From: Octopus vulgaris
Taxonomy: Eukaryota
Length of the DNA: 64,000 nt
Assembly: GCA_951406725.2 (NCBI GenBank)
Contig: OX597828.1
Span: 65,658,001-65,722,000, forward strand
Direction: 5' to 3'
Of this stretch, positions 29,080 through 42,994 are shown piece by piece. Positions within the stretch are counted from its first letter, which is position 1. Each line of letters starts with the position of its first letter. The notes under the pieces are model-generated. The model worked only from the letters and a program-made list of their open reading frames with translations. It searched no databases and was not told the DNA's origin. Both the position numbers and the translations under genes were made by a program.

Positions 29080-29221
29080 GAAGAAGGAGGAGAAGAAATA
29101 GGAGGACGAGGAGAAGACGAAGAAGGAGAAAGAGGAGAAGAAGGAGGAGGAGGAGAAAGAGGAGGAGAACGAGGAGAAGGAGAAGAGGAAGAAGAAGAAG
29201 AAGAAGAAGAAGAAGAAGAAG

Positions 29222-29250
<29 letters not shown>
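29080..29250. repeat. (GGA/GAA)n microsatellite
   Basis: Direct reading. Confidence 0.95.
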
Positions 29251-29252
<2 letters not shown>

Positions 29253-29678
29253 GTGCATCTACTGAGACGAGCTGAGACAAAACAATGAGAAACTAAAGTA
29301 TTTCCTTTATGAGTTCCAAATGCTGTGGCCATCTTGGGGCACCGCATAGCTTTTCACTAAGTCAATGCAACGACAAATAACACCCGTGTGAGTAAATAAA
29401 TGGATCTCCGTCGGTTTCAAGGGAGTGTAATCAGTTATTCCATCAACTAAATTCCTATTCATTGAAATCGCATGTAAATGGATGACTTCAAGCCGAATTC
29501 GCGTGACAAAGCTGAGTCTTTAGAATCCATCCGACGAGCTTCTACACAATTTTATTCTACCCAATTTTATTCCAGGATATAATGTAAGAGAATCAAATTC
29601 AAAACTCTGTGATTGCGAAACAAATTTCTTAAGCCATATCCATACTGTGTCCACTTCAAGATCTACAGAGACAATATA

Positions 29679-29913
29679 TATTTCTTTATTGCCCACAGGG
29701 GGCTAAACATAGAGGGGACAAACAAGGACAGACAAAGGGATTAAGTCAATTACATAGATCCCAGTGCGAAACTGGTACTTATTTAATCGACCCCGACAGG
29801 ATGAAAGGCAAAGTCGACCTCGGTGGAATTTGAACTCCGATCGTAGCGACAGACGAAATACCGCTAAGCATTTCGCCCGGCGCGCTAACATTTCTGCCAG
29901 CTCGCCGCCCTTA
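29679..29913 (-). mobile_element. SINE family B full copy
   Basis: TSD acagagacaatata at 29665-29678 and 29914-29927. Confidence 0.9.
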
Positions 29914-29934
29914 ACAGAGACAATATAACTGAGG

Positions 29935-30625
29935 CAATATGAGAAACTACTGCAGTGTACACTTACCACGAAATAACTATGAGTCGATATAACGAGAAAC
30001 TACGATAGTGTACACTTATTGAGAGACTCTCAGCCGATACTACAAGAAACTACACCAGTGTACAGTTAGATACTATGAGTTGATACAACGAGAAACTATT
30101 GCAGCGTCTTTACGTCTGTCTTTACGTTCTGAGTTCAAATTCCGCCGACGTTGACTTTGCCTTTCATCCTTTCTGGGTCGATAAATTAAGTACCTATTTC
30201 TTTACTACCCACAAGGGGCTAAACACAGAGAGGACAAACAAGGACAGACAAACGGATTAAGTCGATCACATCGACCCAGTGCGTAACTGGTACTTAATTT
30301 ATCGACCCCGAAAGGATGAAAGGCAAAGCCGACCTCGGCGGAATTTGAACTCAGAACGTAACGGCAGACGAAATACGGCTACGCATTTCTCCCGGCGTGC
30401 TAACGTTTCTGCCAGCTCGCCGCCATTTAAGTACCAGTTGCGTACTGGGGTCGGTCTAATCGACTGGACCCTCCCCAAGAATTTCGGGCCTTGTGCCTAG
30501 AGTAGTAAAGAATATTTCTGAGTCAATAAAATGAGAAACTACAGCAGTGTACACGTACTGAAATACTCTGAGATGATACAAGAAACTACAGCAGTGCAGC
30601 ACTCAGTAAGATATTATGACTGAAT
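29935..30625. repeat. Degenerate minisatellite of about 45-53 bp, interrupted by nested SINEs
   Basis: Recurrent gagaaactac..cagtgtacac..(t)gag..gata on both sides of 30105-30515. Confidence 0.7.
30105..30515. mobile_element. SINE B (minus, 30195-30425) nested in an older plus-strand B-headed SINE with a different tail
   Basis: TSD ttaagtacc at 30186-30194 and 30427-30435. Host tail is ccctccccaagaatttcgggccttgtgcctag. Confidence 0.85.
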
Positions 30626-31245
30626 CAACAGATGGTATAGAGTTAATATGACACTGCAATTGAGTCACTACTATGAGGTAATATTATTAAAGCAACCTAA
30701 ACTAGAAAGGGATCTGATTTATTAGAATATTAGAATCACAAATAACGTTTATAGGCTTTAATGTTAATCCCCATTGGTCTGATATTGAGATTGATCCGAT
30801 TTAAATTCGTTTCCAATTGATTAAGGATTAACAAGATACTAAGGAAAGATGAACCCAGCTTGATCGTATTGTTCTCAGAAACACTCAATTATAAGTTTAT
30901 CGATGATATCCAAGAAAATAATAGAACATTGGTTTATAACGATGCCGATCAATTAATCAATCAATTTGTGAATACGTTAGTCGGTAATTCGTGTGCGGGT
31001 ATGTTCGATCTTAGCAATGTAAACCAATAAACCACTTGTAAATTTCTAGTTTTCCATACCACAATCAAGCTGTTTCTTCACTTCACCTGCTGATGGTGAT
31101 GGTGATGGAGTTTATTGTCATTACAACATGGCATATGTCATCGACAGCCGCAGATAAATTGCCATATGTTGGTTGGTCGTAACATAAAGCAGAAGTGTTG
31201 TTGAAATATTGGTTTGGAACCATCTTGTTAATTTTTGTTGTACAC

Positions 31246-31605
31246 AGGCGCAGGCGTGGCTGTGCGGTAAGAAGTTTACTTCCCAGCAGCATTGGTTCCG
31301 GGTTCAGTCCCACTGCGTGGTGTCTTGAGCCTGTGTCTTCTACTTTCATCTCGGGTCGACCAAAGTCTTTTGAGTGGATTTGGTATGTGGAAACATGTGG
31401 GGTGGGGGGTTACTTTACATCTGTGTTTGTCCTCCATCACCGCTTAACAGCCGGTGTTGGTGTGTTTACGTCCCTTAATCTAGCGCCCAGCAAAAGAGAT
31501 CGATAGAATAGGTACCAGGCTTTAAAAAATAAGTACTACGGGTCGATTCTTTCTACTAAAATTCTTCAAGGCTGTGCCCAAACATGGCCACAGTAAAAGA
31601 AATAA
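31246..31605 (+). mobile_element. SINE family A, diverged copy
   Basis: Head and tail match 33413-33895. Confidence 0.8.
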
Positions 31606-32541
31606 AAAAAACGGTGATCAAGTGCGGTTATATTTTATATAGACGCAGGTAATCGTCGACTGGAATCTAATCTAGTATATTACTGGTTCATATTTAATCG
31701 ACCACAGAGAGACGGGGCGACAATCAACCCCTGCTGGGATTAAAGCAGAGTTATCTTCCCTTAGAATTCTGAAATAGATTGCATCTTATCCAGTTAATGA
31801 GATATTTCTCATTCATTTAAGCAAAGATATGTCCAGCCAATAATATTCATTGGTGCCCCAGAGAAAACCCTTCAAGAACGAAAGTCCTTTATGCCAAAAA
31901 AAAAAGGCTGCGATAGAAGTTGAAGATTGACAATATTCAAAATTTGCCATGAGACAGGTAATATTGATTTCAATTTTCGGCACAAAGCCAGTAATTTCTG
32001 GAGAGAGGGAAAGTCGATTCCATTGACCCCAGTGATCGACTGTTACTTATTTCATTGACCCCGAAGGGACGAAAGGCAAAGGCGACTATGACGGAATTTG
32101 AACTCAGAAGGTAATGACGGACGAAATGCCGTTAACCATTTTGCCCGGCGAGCTAACGATTCGACCAGCTCGCCACCTTAAAACGAGAGATGTAATACTG
32201 TTGTTTTTGTTGTTTTCGAACAATGATGATGATGAGAGTGGACATTAAGCGAGAGACTTTATGAAGTTTGTCTCATGAAAACAACTGGGAATCTTGTCTC
32301 AAGAAACTTTTGTGCTGAAGGGTTTTATCTTATACAATAGGTGCAGATGTGGTTGCGTGGCAAGAAGTTTGCTTCCCAACGATATAGTTTCGGGTTCAGT
32401 CCAACTGCACGACAGCTTCAACTAAGTATACGATTTCAGAGTTAGCTTCCGCGAGCCATCGAGACGCCACTATCTACACAACTCTAAAACCCACAATGCT
32501 CATCCCCTACACAACACCACGCACACAACACTGACAGAGCT

Positions 32542-32880
32542 GAGACCCCCTTCGGGGTCATGACTGATCATGGGATTGCACCTAGAAAGTTACCCTCCAA
32601 GGCACAAGTCTGGGCAAGGTTGTTAATGGAAGAGCAGCAGTCGCCCCTGCATACCAGCTTCCCCTCTCCATGCCACCGATGTTATCCAAGGGAAAGGCAA
32701 AGGGGCCGATACAGCTTGGCACCAGTGATGATGTCGCAACTCATTTCTACAGCTGAGTGAACGGGAGCAACGTGAAATAAAGTGTCTTGCTCAAGAACAC
32801 AACACGCAGCCCGGTCCGGGATTCGAATTCACAACCTCGCGATCGTAAGCTCGACGCTCTAACCACTGAGCCATGCACTA
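32542..32880 (-). mobile_element. SINE family D (tRNA head)
   Basis: Head gtgcatggctcagtggttagagcg...ttcgaatccc. TSD acactgacagagc at 32528-32540 and 32883-32895. It lies within a split family A SINE (32340-32420 / 33001-33380). Confidence 0.85.
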
Positions 32881-33412
32881 TCACACTGACAGAGCACTCT
32901 ACACACAATTCAGTATACATTAACCACCCCACCACTACTACCACCACCACCACCACCACCACAGCAACAACAACAACAACAGTGTTACCTGTCTCCCTTT
33001 AAGTGTCTTCAACTATAGCCTCCGTTCGACCAAAGTCTTGTGAGTGGATTTGGTGGACGGAAACTAGAAGTAGCCCGTTGTGTGTGTGCGCGCGCGCGCG
33101 AGTGCATTGTGTGTGCGCGCGCGCGAGTGTGTCTGTGTATGCGTATGTCTTTGTGTCAGTTTGTCCACAACCGCCGCTTGACAACCGGTGTTGGTGTATT
33201 TACGTCCCCGTGACTTTGCAGTTCGGCAAAAATAAGCGATAGAATAAGTACCAGGCTTTAAGAAAAAAATAATAAGCTCTGGTGGGTTGATTCGGTCGAC
33301 TATGATTCCTCGAGGCGGTGCCCCAGCATGACCACGGTCTAATAGGTCATTTGGATTTGAGGAAACAGAGGAAGAGAAAATGGCTTTAAATTTTCTGTAT
33401 TTTCCTTTATAT

Positions 33413-33597
33413 GACGCAAGAGTGGCTGTGTGGTAAGTAGCTTGCTTACCAACCACATGGTTCCGGGTTCAGTCCCACTGCGTGGCACTTTGAGCAAGTG
33501 TCTTCTACTATAGCCTCGGGCGAACCAAAGTCTTGTGAGTGGATTTGATAGACGGAAACTGAAAGAAGCCCGTCGTACATATATATATGCATTTATA

Positions 33598-33663
<66 letters not shown>

Positions 33664-33895
33664 TATGTATGTGTGTGTGTATATGTTTGTGTGTCTGTGT
33701 TTGTCCCTCCAACATCGCTTGACAACCGATGCCGGTGTGTTTACGTCCGCGTAACTTAGCGGTTCGGCAAAAGAGACCGATAGAATAAGTACTATGCTTA
33801 CAAAGAATAAGTCCTGGGGTCGATTTGCTCGACTAAAGACGGTGCTCCAGCATGGCCGCAGTCAAATGCCTGAAACAAGTAAAAAGAGTAAAAAA
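33413..33895 (+). mobile_element. SINE family A, well-preserved copy
   Basis: A box gtggctgtgtggtaag, B box ggttcagtccc, internal (TA)n(TG)n and tail. Further fragments at about 14510, 24336, 34965, 36490, 40895, 42330 and 45035. Confidence 0.92.
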
Positions 33896-34218
33896 AACAG
33901 TATGACATAATCTAGGGAAAGATACAGAATAGACAAAACACACTTGATTCATTTCGTCAACTTGTTTTTGTTTTTTCTGAACTATCTACACACTAATTAG
34001 ACCTCCAGAAGTATAGCTAATTATTTGAACAATTAAAAGCGATAGTTTATTCAGCTCTGCAGTGAAAGGAAGGTGATGTTATTTGATTGCACTTTCAACT
34101 GAAGAACTTCAGCCAAGTGAAACGCATTTAACGATGACGAAATGTTGTTGCTCATCGGATACTATTTTTAATGAATACCTGAATATTTTATGTTCTTTTT
34201 AATTATCTCATTATTAAT

Positions 34219-34723
34219 TTGTGTGTGTGACCCCCGTCGGTCATGAATGACCATGGGATTGCACCTAGAAAGTAACTCTCCGAGGTACAAGTCTGGGCAA
34301 GGTTGTTTATGGAAGACCAGCAGTTGCCCATGCATACTGGCCTCCCCTCTGCACGCCACCGAAAGGCAAAGGCCGATACAGCTTGGCACCATTGACGTCG
34401 CAGCTCATTTACTAACGTGCAAGTGGCTGAGCACTCCACAGACACGTGTACCCTTAACGTAGTTCTCGAGGAGATTCAGCGTGACACAGAGTGTGACAAG
34501 ACTGGCCCTTTGAAATACAGGTACAACAGAAACAGGAAGAAAGAGCGAGAGAAAGTTGTGGTGAAAGAGTACAGCAGGGTTCACCACCATCCCCTGCCGG
34601 AGCGTCGTGGAGCTTTAGGTGTTTTCGCTCAATAAACACTTACAGTGCCCAGTCTGGGAATCGAAACCGCGATCCTACGACGGCGAGTCCGCTGCCCTAA
34701 CCACTGGGCCATTGCACCTCCAC
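34219..34723 (-). mobile_element. Chimeric SINE: family C head/body plus family D tail
   Basis: 34723-34540 matches the 5' part of the 41354 SINE and 34410-34229 matches the 3' part of SINE D. TSD ctcattattaat at 34207-34218 and 34724-34735. Confidence 0.85.
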
Positions 34724-35838
34724 CTCATTATTAATAGTTATTGATACCCATCACCATGTCAACTACCTGCATGCCACTCTATTGTTAGTGTGTACATCAG
34801 CGTTTATATATGAAAGAATTCATTCAGTGTAATACCATTTTTCTTCTTACTAGAGAAAATCGTTCATCGTCAGACTTGAGCAGGAATACTAACCGTCTTC
34901 TTCAGCTGTGAACATTATAAACATACATCAGCCATACATACACACACATGCACACACATATATTTTTATTCTTTGATTCTTTTATTTGTTTCAGTCATTT
35001 GACTGCGGTCATGCTGGAGCACCGCCTTTAATCGAACGAATCAACCCCAGGACTTACCGTTTGTAAGCCTAGTGCTTATTCTATCGGTCCCGTATTCACC
35101 TCAATAGACGTCATTGATTGGTTGAAATTGCCGAAATGCAAGAAATTTAACAACAAATAGCTTACAAACTACAGAATTTTCTCAAGAAAGCCAAGAGAAA
35201 AAGATGTTTTATGTAACACATTCTACTAGTATACGAAGTTTAAAAGTGTTTAGTTACAAATAAATTATTTTAAAAATCTGCCGGTCAAAGTGAAAAGATC
35301 CCTAACGAGTCTAACAGCTCACCACCGAACAGAATTTCTATATTTTGTTGGACTCTCAGCTATAGATAAAATTTTCAATGTGTGTGTGTGAGTATGTGGT
35401 GGGGGATTAAGGTCATTATGAAGTCTTATCTTGACGTATTGTTTTATGGCTGAAAATATTGGAGATGTCTAACAACTAACGTATGTCAACAGCACACGTT
35501 TCCCCGATACAAACTGTAGGAGTAACTCAATGTTATCAAAAACGATAGATTTACGACGAAATGTCATTTTTCATCTACTTGTCTTTATTGTGAAGTATTT
35601 TGTAATTTTCTGTTCGCACCAAGGTATTTCGGTTCATCACTCAAAGTTCTAGTTTCGAATCCAGCTGAGGTCTACTGTTTATATTAAATACACACATAAA
35701 TAATCGCGTTCAAATTTAATACACACTGGTTACAGTGGTTGCGAATTTATTGCGCCTACTTCGTCATTTCATCCAGTTGGTGGGTGATAAATATCAGATT
35801 TTCTGATAACGGTAGCCGTGTTAGCATGACATTCATTT

Positions 35839-36330
35839 GGCGGCGAGCTGGCAGAAACGTTTGCACGCCGGACGAAATGCTAAGCAGTATTTTGTCTGCC
35901 GCTACGTTCTGAGTTCAAATTCCGCCGACGTCGACTTCGCCTTTCATCCTTTCAGATTCGATTAAATAAGTACCAGTTACGCACTGGGGTCGATGTGATC
36001 GACTTAATCCCTTTGTCTGTCCTTGTTTGTCCCCTCTGCGTTTAGCCCCTTGTGGGTAATAAAGAAATAGGCATCTGTGTTAGCATGACATTCATTTGGC
36101 AGCGAGCTGACAGAAACGTTAGCACGCCGGACGAAATGCTAAGCAATATTTCGTCTGCCGCTACGTTCTGAGTTCAAATTCCGCCGAGGTCGACTTTGCC
36201 TTTCATCCTTTCGGGTTCGATTAAATAGATACCAGTTACGCACTGGGGTCGATATGATCGACTTAATCCGTTTGTCTCTCCTTGTTTGTTCCCTCTGTGT
36301 TTAGCCCCTTGTGGGTAGTAAAGAAATAGG
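35839..36330 (+). mobile_element. Two tandem full SINE B copies
   Basis: The flank gtgttagcatgacattc occurs three times (about 35818, 36077 and 36336). Confidence 0.92.
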
Positions 36331-37317
36331 TATCCGTATTAGCATGACATTCTACTCAGTCGAAATGTTGTATGTCAGCTGTCAAACGGGACAAATCCGA
36401 AGTTAGTTTTCAAAGAAACAAAGCCTAGAGGTTCTTTATATTACGTGAATGAAATTAAATATTTTACATTTTCCACGTGCGCTATATCAGGCGCAGATGA
36501 GGTTGTATGGTAAGAAATTTACTTCCCAGCTGCGTTGTTCTAGGTTCAGTTTCACTGCGTGTCACCTTCAACAAGTGTGGTTTATTATATCCCTGGACTG
36601 ACTAAAATCTCTTGAGTGGATTTGGTTGACAGAAGCTGAAATAAGCTTGTCGTAGTACAAAGGCGTGTGTGTGTGTGGTTGTCCCCTACTACCGCTTGAC
36701 AACTGGTGTTCTTTGTTTATGTCCCCGTAACTTAGCAATCAGGTTTGTTTTTTTTTAAGTACTGGGGTCGATTCGTTCGACTAAAAACCTTCAAGGCGGT
36801 GCCCCAGCATGACCACAGTCCAATAACTGAAACAAGCAAAAGATACAATATGTTGATCATAGGTTTGTTTGATCAGAGCTAACCTTGAGCTAAATTACAG
36901 TTTCTAATCCAGGCACGATACTAGAGGTGTGAAGTAGAGGACAGTTGGTTAAACTGACTCCAGTACTCAACTGGTACTTTGTTTTATCGACTCCGGAAGG
37001 ACGAAAGGGAAATTTGACATTAGCGAACTTGAACTCAAAAACCTAAAGCGATGGAATAAATACCGCAAGGCATATTATTCGCGGCTCTAACGATTTTACC
37101 ATTTCACCGTCCTTCTGGAACTAAATTGCAACTTCTATGAACTAATTTGCTTAATTTTGGTAATTATGGCGAATCTTAGAAAGTAATTCTGACTTTTCCT
37201 TTTTATTTAATATGTTGAGATCTCCCTACAGATGTTATACATTGCCCCTCTTCATCAAACATTAGTCCTACTCAAACATTAATTTCTACTTTATCTCACG
37301 GCACAATATACACACCT

Positions 37318-37741
37318 GGGACCTTTACGGTTTGAACGGCAGCTTTTCTAGCGGTGTCATATGAAATTGTCACCCATAATTATGACCCAAGTATCGATCT
37401 ATTGTATTTCAATCTGTTTTAGGGTTAGGGTTAGTTAGGGTTAGGGGTGGGGGAAAGGGTATATTTTTTCTTCACAAATGTAAATAAACCTAATCTGTTT
37501 CTTAAACGAGGGACATATTAATACGGCACAGAATGTTTTTTACCTCAATAGACGTCAGTGATTGGTTGAAATTGCAGAAAATGAAAAAAAAAACCAAATA
37601 TCTTACAAACTATAGAATTTTCTCAATAAAGCCAAGAGAAAAAGATGTTTTATAAACACATTCTACCAGTATACGAAGTTTAAAATTTTTTAGTTACCTA
37701 GAAATTATATTAAAAACTGCCGTTCAAACCGAAAAGATCCC
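37318..37741. mobile_element. MITE with GGGA-ended TIRs, 6-bp TSD and internal TTAGGG repeats; partial copy at about 35098-35302
   Basis: gggacctttacggtttgaacggcag / ctgccgttcaaaccgaaaagatccc, with acacct on both sides. Confidence 0.85.
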
Positions 37742-39199
37742 ACACCTGTCTGTTCTTTTGGTATTTACACCCCGATCCACGCCAACACTCGAGACTGAAA
37801 TAACAAAACATTCAAATATATTTTTGTTGGTGGTGATGCTATTTAGCCTCAGATCAAATAGAACCAAGCAGGCCCGGCATTTTCATCTTTTTATGTGTAA
37901 CTAGAATTACAACATTGACTCCTGTTCTGTTTTAAAAAGTTAGTTTCTGTTGAGGGAGATTTGACTGCTATTTCTAAGATGATTGCGTAGAAGTAATGGT
38001 AAAATATGTTGCTGGATATGACATTCCCCGGGGATTTTTATGTCAGAAACGAACAGAATTAATGTCTTATAGAATGATGTAACCTCGCTTTGTGTTCTGA
38101 GTTCAAATCTTGCCATAAGCCACTTTACTTTTATTCTAGCTAATATCTTTTAGGCGATCGCACCTACATACCCGTCTCGAAATGTATTTGTTCTGTTCCA
38201 AAATAAGAAATCTGTCTGATCGAATCCTAAGATAGTATGCCATTTAGTACTAAAAACTTTCCACCCATTTTTTTTTTTCTTTTTAATACCAACTTTACAT
38301 AAAGTGAGAATGTCAGAGTCAAAGCTGACGACTTATCCTCAAAAAGACCACCATTCGACTGCTCTATTCAGAGACTGACATATATTCACCTATATTTTCG
38401 CCAAGCATATATAAATTATTCTCAGGTGTACTTACACATGTTCATTTCCCATACCTTGTTCCCCTGCAATGAATCGAAATTTCTAATATAATTTATTAAG
38501 CGTTCTTACAAAAAAAAAATTGCAATCATCTGTGTTAAATATTAGCTTGGTTGCAAAAGACTGTAGGATTACAGTCATTCGACGCAACATGTTCAATATT
38601 TGTTGGCAGTTGTACCTTGTACAACTATCTTACTACGTCTAATGACTAATATCGTCGAATCGATATAATAAATTTGGTCCACGTGCGACAGCGTGAGGTT
38701 AACACAAACAGTAAGAACTGTCTTGAGTGTTTGTCCTGTCACGAAGACGGGTTCATAAACTAAAAAAGATCGATTCGATCAAATGGTATTTCTGTATCCT
38801 ATTAATATTCTGCCTATAGCATGCTTTGCACCTGTTGATACTGAGACATTTTTCAATGATCTACTTTAACACAGTAGTAATTCCAATATATTTTTTTAAT
38901 ACCCAGATGTATAATAGTATAATATAGGTTAAAAACGAATGTCGAAAAAAAAACGAATAGGCAACTAAGAATTTAGATTAAATGTTCAAAATTTATAAAT
39001 GGAAAGCAATTATTAAGGCAATATATCAAAAGTAAATTGAATAAATGGAATAAAAAGAAATAGCTGATGTTTATATCATCTGTCAACCTTTTCTCGCTCT
39101 GCGATCTTTTATGTACTTTTCACAAAACGCTTTCAAATGTACCTGAAACCTCATCACTTTCCTCATTCATCAATGGCCATTAACACCCCACTATTTCTT

Positions 39200-39806
<607 letters not shown>

Positions 39807-41353
39807 TCAGAGTGGGCAAGAGTTAAGTTCATTCATTTATTGGTAGTTAGATACTCATTAAATCGCCTACAGCTCTGCATGTGAAAATGAATAATGGATA
39901 CAATTAACTGAACACACGTTCATTGTAGTATTCAAGTAGAAATCTAGAAAAACTACTTCCGTTACTTCGAAATGTCATTAACACTATACAATATTTACAT
40001 TAAGAAACAAAGATTAAGGAGGTAAACTTCAATTAAATGAGACATCTAAATGGATGTTAAATTAAAAATCTAAATACAAATACATAATTCCTGTCTTATT
40101 CAACTTTGTTTCCTCTAAGTAATTTAATACTTCTAACATTCTAACATTTTATCAACTCGACATTTGATTTTTACCCTTTTTAGAATAAATAAGTCATAAA
40201 AAAGACGTAGAACAAAAACTTAAGCATTTTATATTCCAGTCCCGCAACGCAGTTTCTATTCCTGATCGAAAAAGCCTTTTATATACCTGTAGTGGATCTT
40301 GTAAGCATGAAGTGTATTCGATCCACCATAGCCAAATTTAAATTAACACTTCAACAGAACTTTTCCCACGGTGGAACAATGGTTTTTATCTGACAGCAGT
40401 TTTACATTTTCCAGATGCCTTTAGCAAGGCCGAAATAATGTCTTCACCACTTGACCCTTTCTAACCTCTTCTACTTCACCAAAAGCTAGAATAGAGATAA
40501 CAAGACCACCAACTAAATCTATTGTTCTCAATGATATGTCTATCCTTCTGAATAGTTATAAAAGCAAGAACACCCCAAGCAAAAATCAATCGGTGATGAC
40601 TCAACCAGTTAATCACTCCGGTGACAACGAAGTCTGGCTGACCAGTTAGAACCTTGGTCAGAGGGAGAAATGAAGTTTACTGTCAGCAACTGTGAGACAA
40701 CGTAAGAGAGAGGCAAGAATTTTTCAAGTTCTTTAACTACTTCTAGCATATCAAATATCTGTAGTCCGAAAAGTGACATTCATGTATTTCCCGTTCTTGT
40801 ATTATCCGTAAAATAAAACTGCTTTTTGAGGCTCAGTCCATAAATATTACACCTGGCAGTATAAAATAGCAGCTACCTTTCACTTGGTATTTTTTTATTC
40901 TTTTACTTGTTTCAGTCATTTGACTGCAGCCATGCTGGAGCACCGCCTTGAAGGGTTTTAGTCGAACAAATCGGCCCCAGGACTTATTCTTTGTAAACTC
41001 CATATTATTCTTGTAAGCCTAGTATTTATTCTATCGATCCCTTTATATATATATATACCAAGGTTATTTCCGCAGCGGAAGACCTTCTCGAGTCCGAATG
41101 CATGTTAAATATGATTTTACGTAGATACATTTAATTCAATGCTGCTTCGTGTGACATTATTCATTGATGTTTTACGCGCATCAACAAACCTTACACTGTT
41201 TTAATAAGAATATTATTATTATCGGGCTGTCAATGACAGACCTGGTGACCGTCGGCGATGGAGCGAAAGGACACAAAAATGCTTTATATGTTCTTCATTC
41301 AGTCCCGGACGATATATGTTTATAGTAATGTGTGTGTGTGTGCGTGTGTGTGT

Positions 41354-41660
41354 GGAGGTGCAATGACCCAGTGGTTAGGGCAGCGGACTCGCGGTCGTAG
41401 GGATCGCGGTTTCGATTCCCAGACCGGGCGTTGTGAGTGTTTATTGGGCGAAAACACCTAAAGCTCCACGAGGCTTCGGTAGGGGGTGGTGGTGATCCCT
41501 GCTCTACTCTTTCGCCACAACTTTCTCTCACTCTTTCTTCTGTTGGCCTGCTCGCTTAGCCAGCGGGGTGGCGTCATTTGAAGGCTAAAATAATGCGAAG
41601 CGCATTGTGACCAGCGATGTGTAGGAACATCTGATAGCCTGGTCGGTCACGGTGATCACG

Positions 41661-41665
<5 letters not shown>
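41354..41665 (+). mobile_element. SINE family C (tRNA-like head, possibly the tRNA-Arg-related octopus OR type)
   Basis: ggaggtgcaatgacccagtggttagggcagcggac...gtttcgattccc. Tail ...ggtcggtcacggtgat runs into (TA)n. Confidence 0.8.
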
Positions 41666-41733
<68 letters not shown>

Positions 41734-42748
41734 TATTCCGTTATTCGAAAAATAAGTATCATTTACCAAACTCAAGATTTGAATGTGAGCTACGATAGGT
41801 TTCGTGCTCAGACAGTACTGTAATCTAGCGGGTTTGTACAGCATGTAGTCATTCAGGCACAAACGACCCTGAATAGAGTGCAGAATAGTACACTGCGTGC
41901 AATACAAGTGGATCTGATAACTACTATCCGAGCGTAAAACTTATAGTAGCTCACATATAAATCTTATATTTATTAAATGATAGATAGATTGCTCCCAACC
42001 TTTGGACTAAGATCAAAGTGTTACTATGTACGTGTGTGATTTTATATAGATAATTTTATATAAAATATACAAACACTAAATGAAGCCTCGTTTAATATCA
42101 CATTTATTTTATTTTAACAAGGAAAACGACGATAGTGAATTCAAAATTTCAGCTCCGTTGCCCTCATCAGACTGCCGAAAATATCTGTTCTTAACATACC
42201 GTATTAGATGGCATTATAAAAAGCAAGGGCATAATAGGTGCACTCCAATTTCAGTGGCGCATGTTCAGGGAAAAGCGTTTTTAATACATTAAAGCATGTA
42301 ATATAGGTCCATCTTAAACTAATTTCTTTTGGGCTGTGTGGTAAGCTGCTTCCTAACCACATCGTTTCGGGTTCAGTCCCAATGCGTGACACCTTAAGCA
42401 AGTGTCTTCTACTATAGCCTCGAGCCGACCAAAGCCTTGTGAATGGATTTGGTAGACGGAAACTGAAAGAAGCCCGTCGTATAAATAAAAACAAAGGGGA
42501 AAGGTGGTTATGTTGTAAACTTCATTAACTTACAGCTGTTTCTTCTACAAAGTGCAGTAGACTCATATTTGAGTGCCTGAATAACACCCTATGCTCCAGC
42601 ATGGCCACAGTCAAAATGACTGAAACAAGTAAAAGAGTATTAAATCCAGTTGGTGTTGAAAGCTCAATTTTCATTCTTTTTCTTCACAACAACCCAACAA
42701 CCACGATTGTGTGAGAGTGTGTGTATATTGTGTGAGTGTGTGTGTATG

Positions 42749-42788
<40 letters not shown>

Positions 42789-42994
42789 TAGTGTCTATGT
42801 GTTTTGTTGGTGAGATAGATGTTATCCAACATTTTTTTTTAATTCTAATGGAGATTTATTACAATGATTTGGGGTTTTTTATTCTACAACCCAAGGCCCT
42901 CGTTGTGCATTGGAATTCCCTTCGTTGACCATTCCGATTTTACCGTTTATTTTTCTCACAAGAATGATAAGTTAACTAGGTAATTCTAGTGTAC

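Noticed and set aside
29935-30625. Repeat-spacer-like pattern (CRISPR-like)
   Set aside because: Whole units are degenerate copies, the context is eukaryotic and there are no cas genes; it is a minisatellite.
32805-32880. tRNA-like sequences (also 41354, 34650-34723 and heads of SINE A/B)
   Set aside because: They are SINE heads continuing into repeat bodies, several with TSDs, and lack clean acceptor stems.
37419-37453. Interstitial telomere or fusion site
   Set aside because: Only a few TTAGGG units, lying inside a TIR-bounded MITE.
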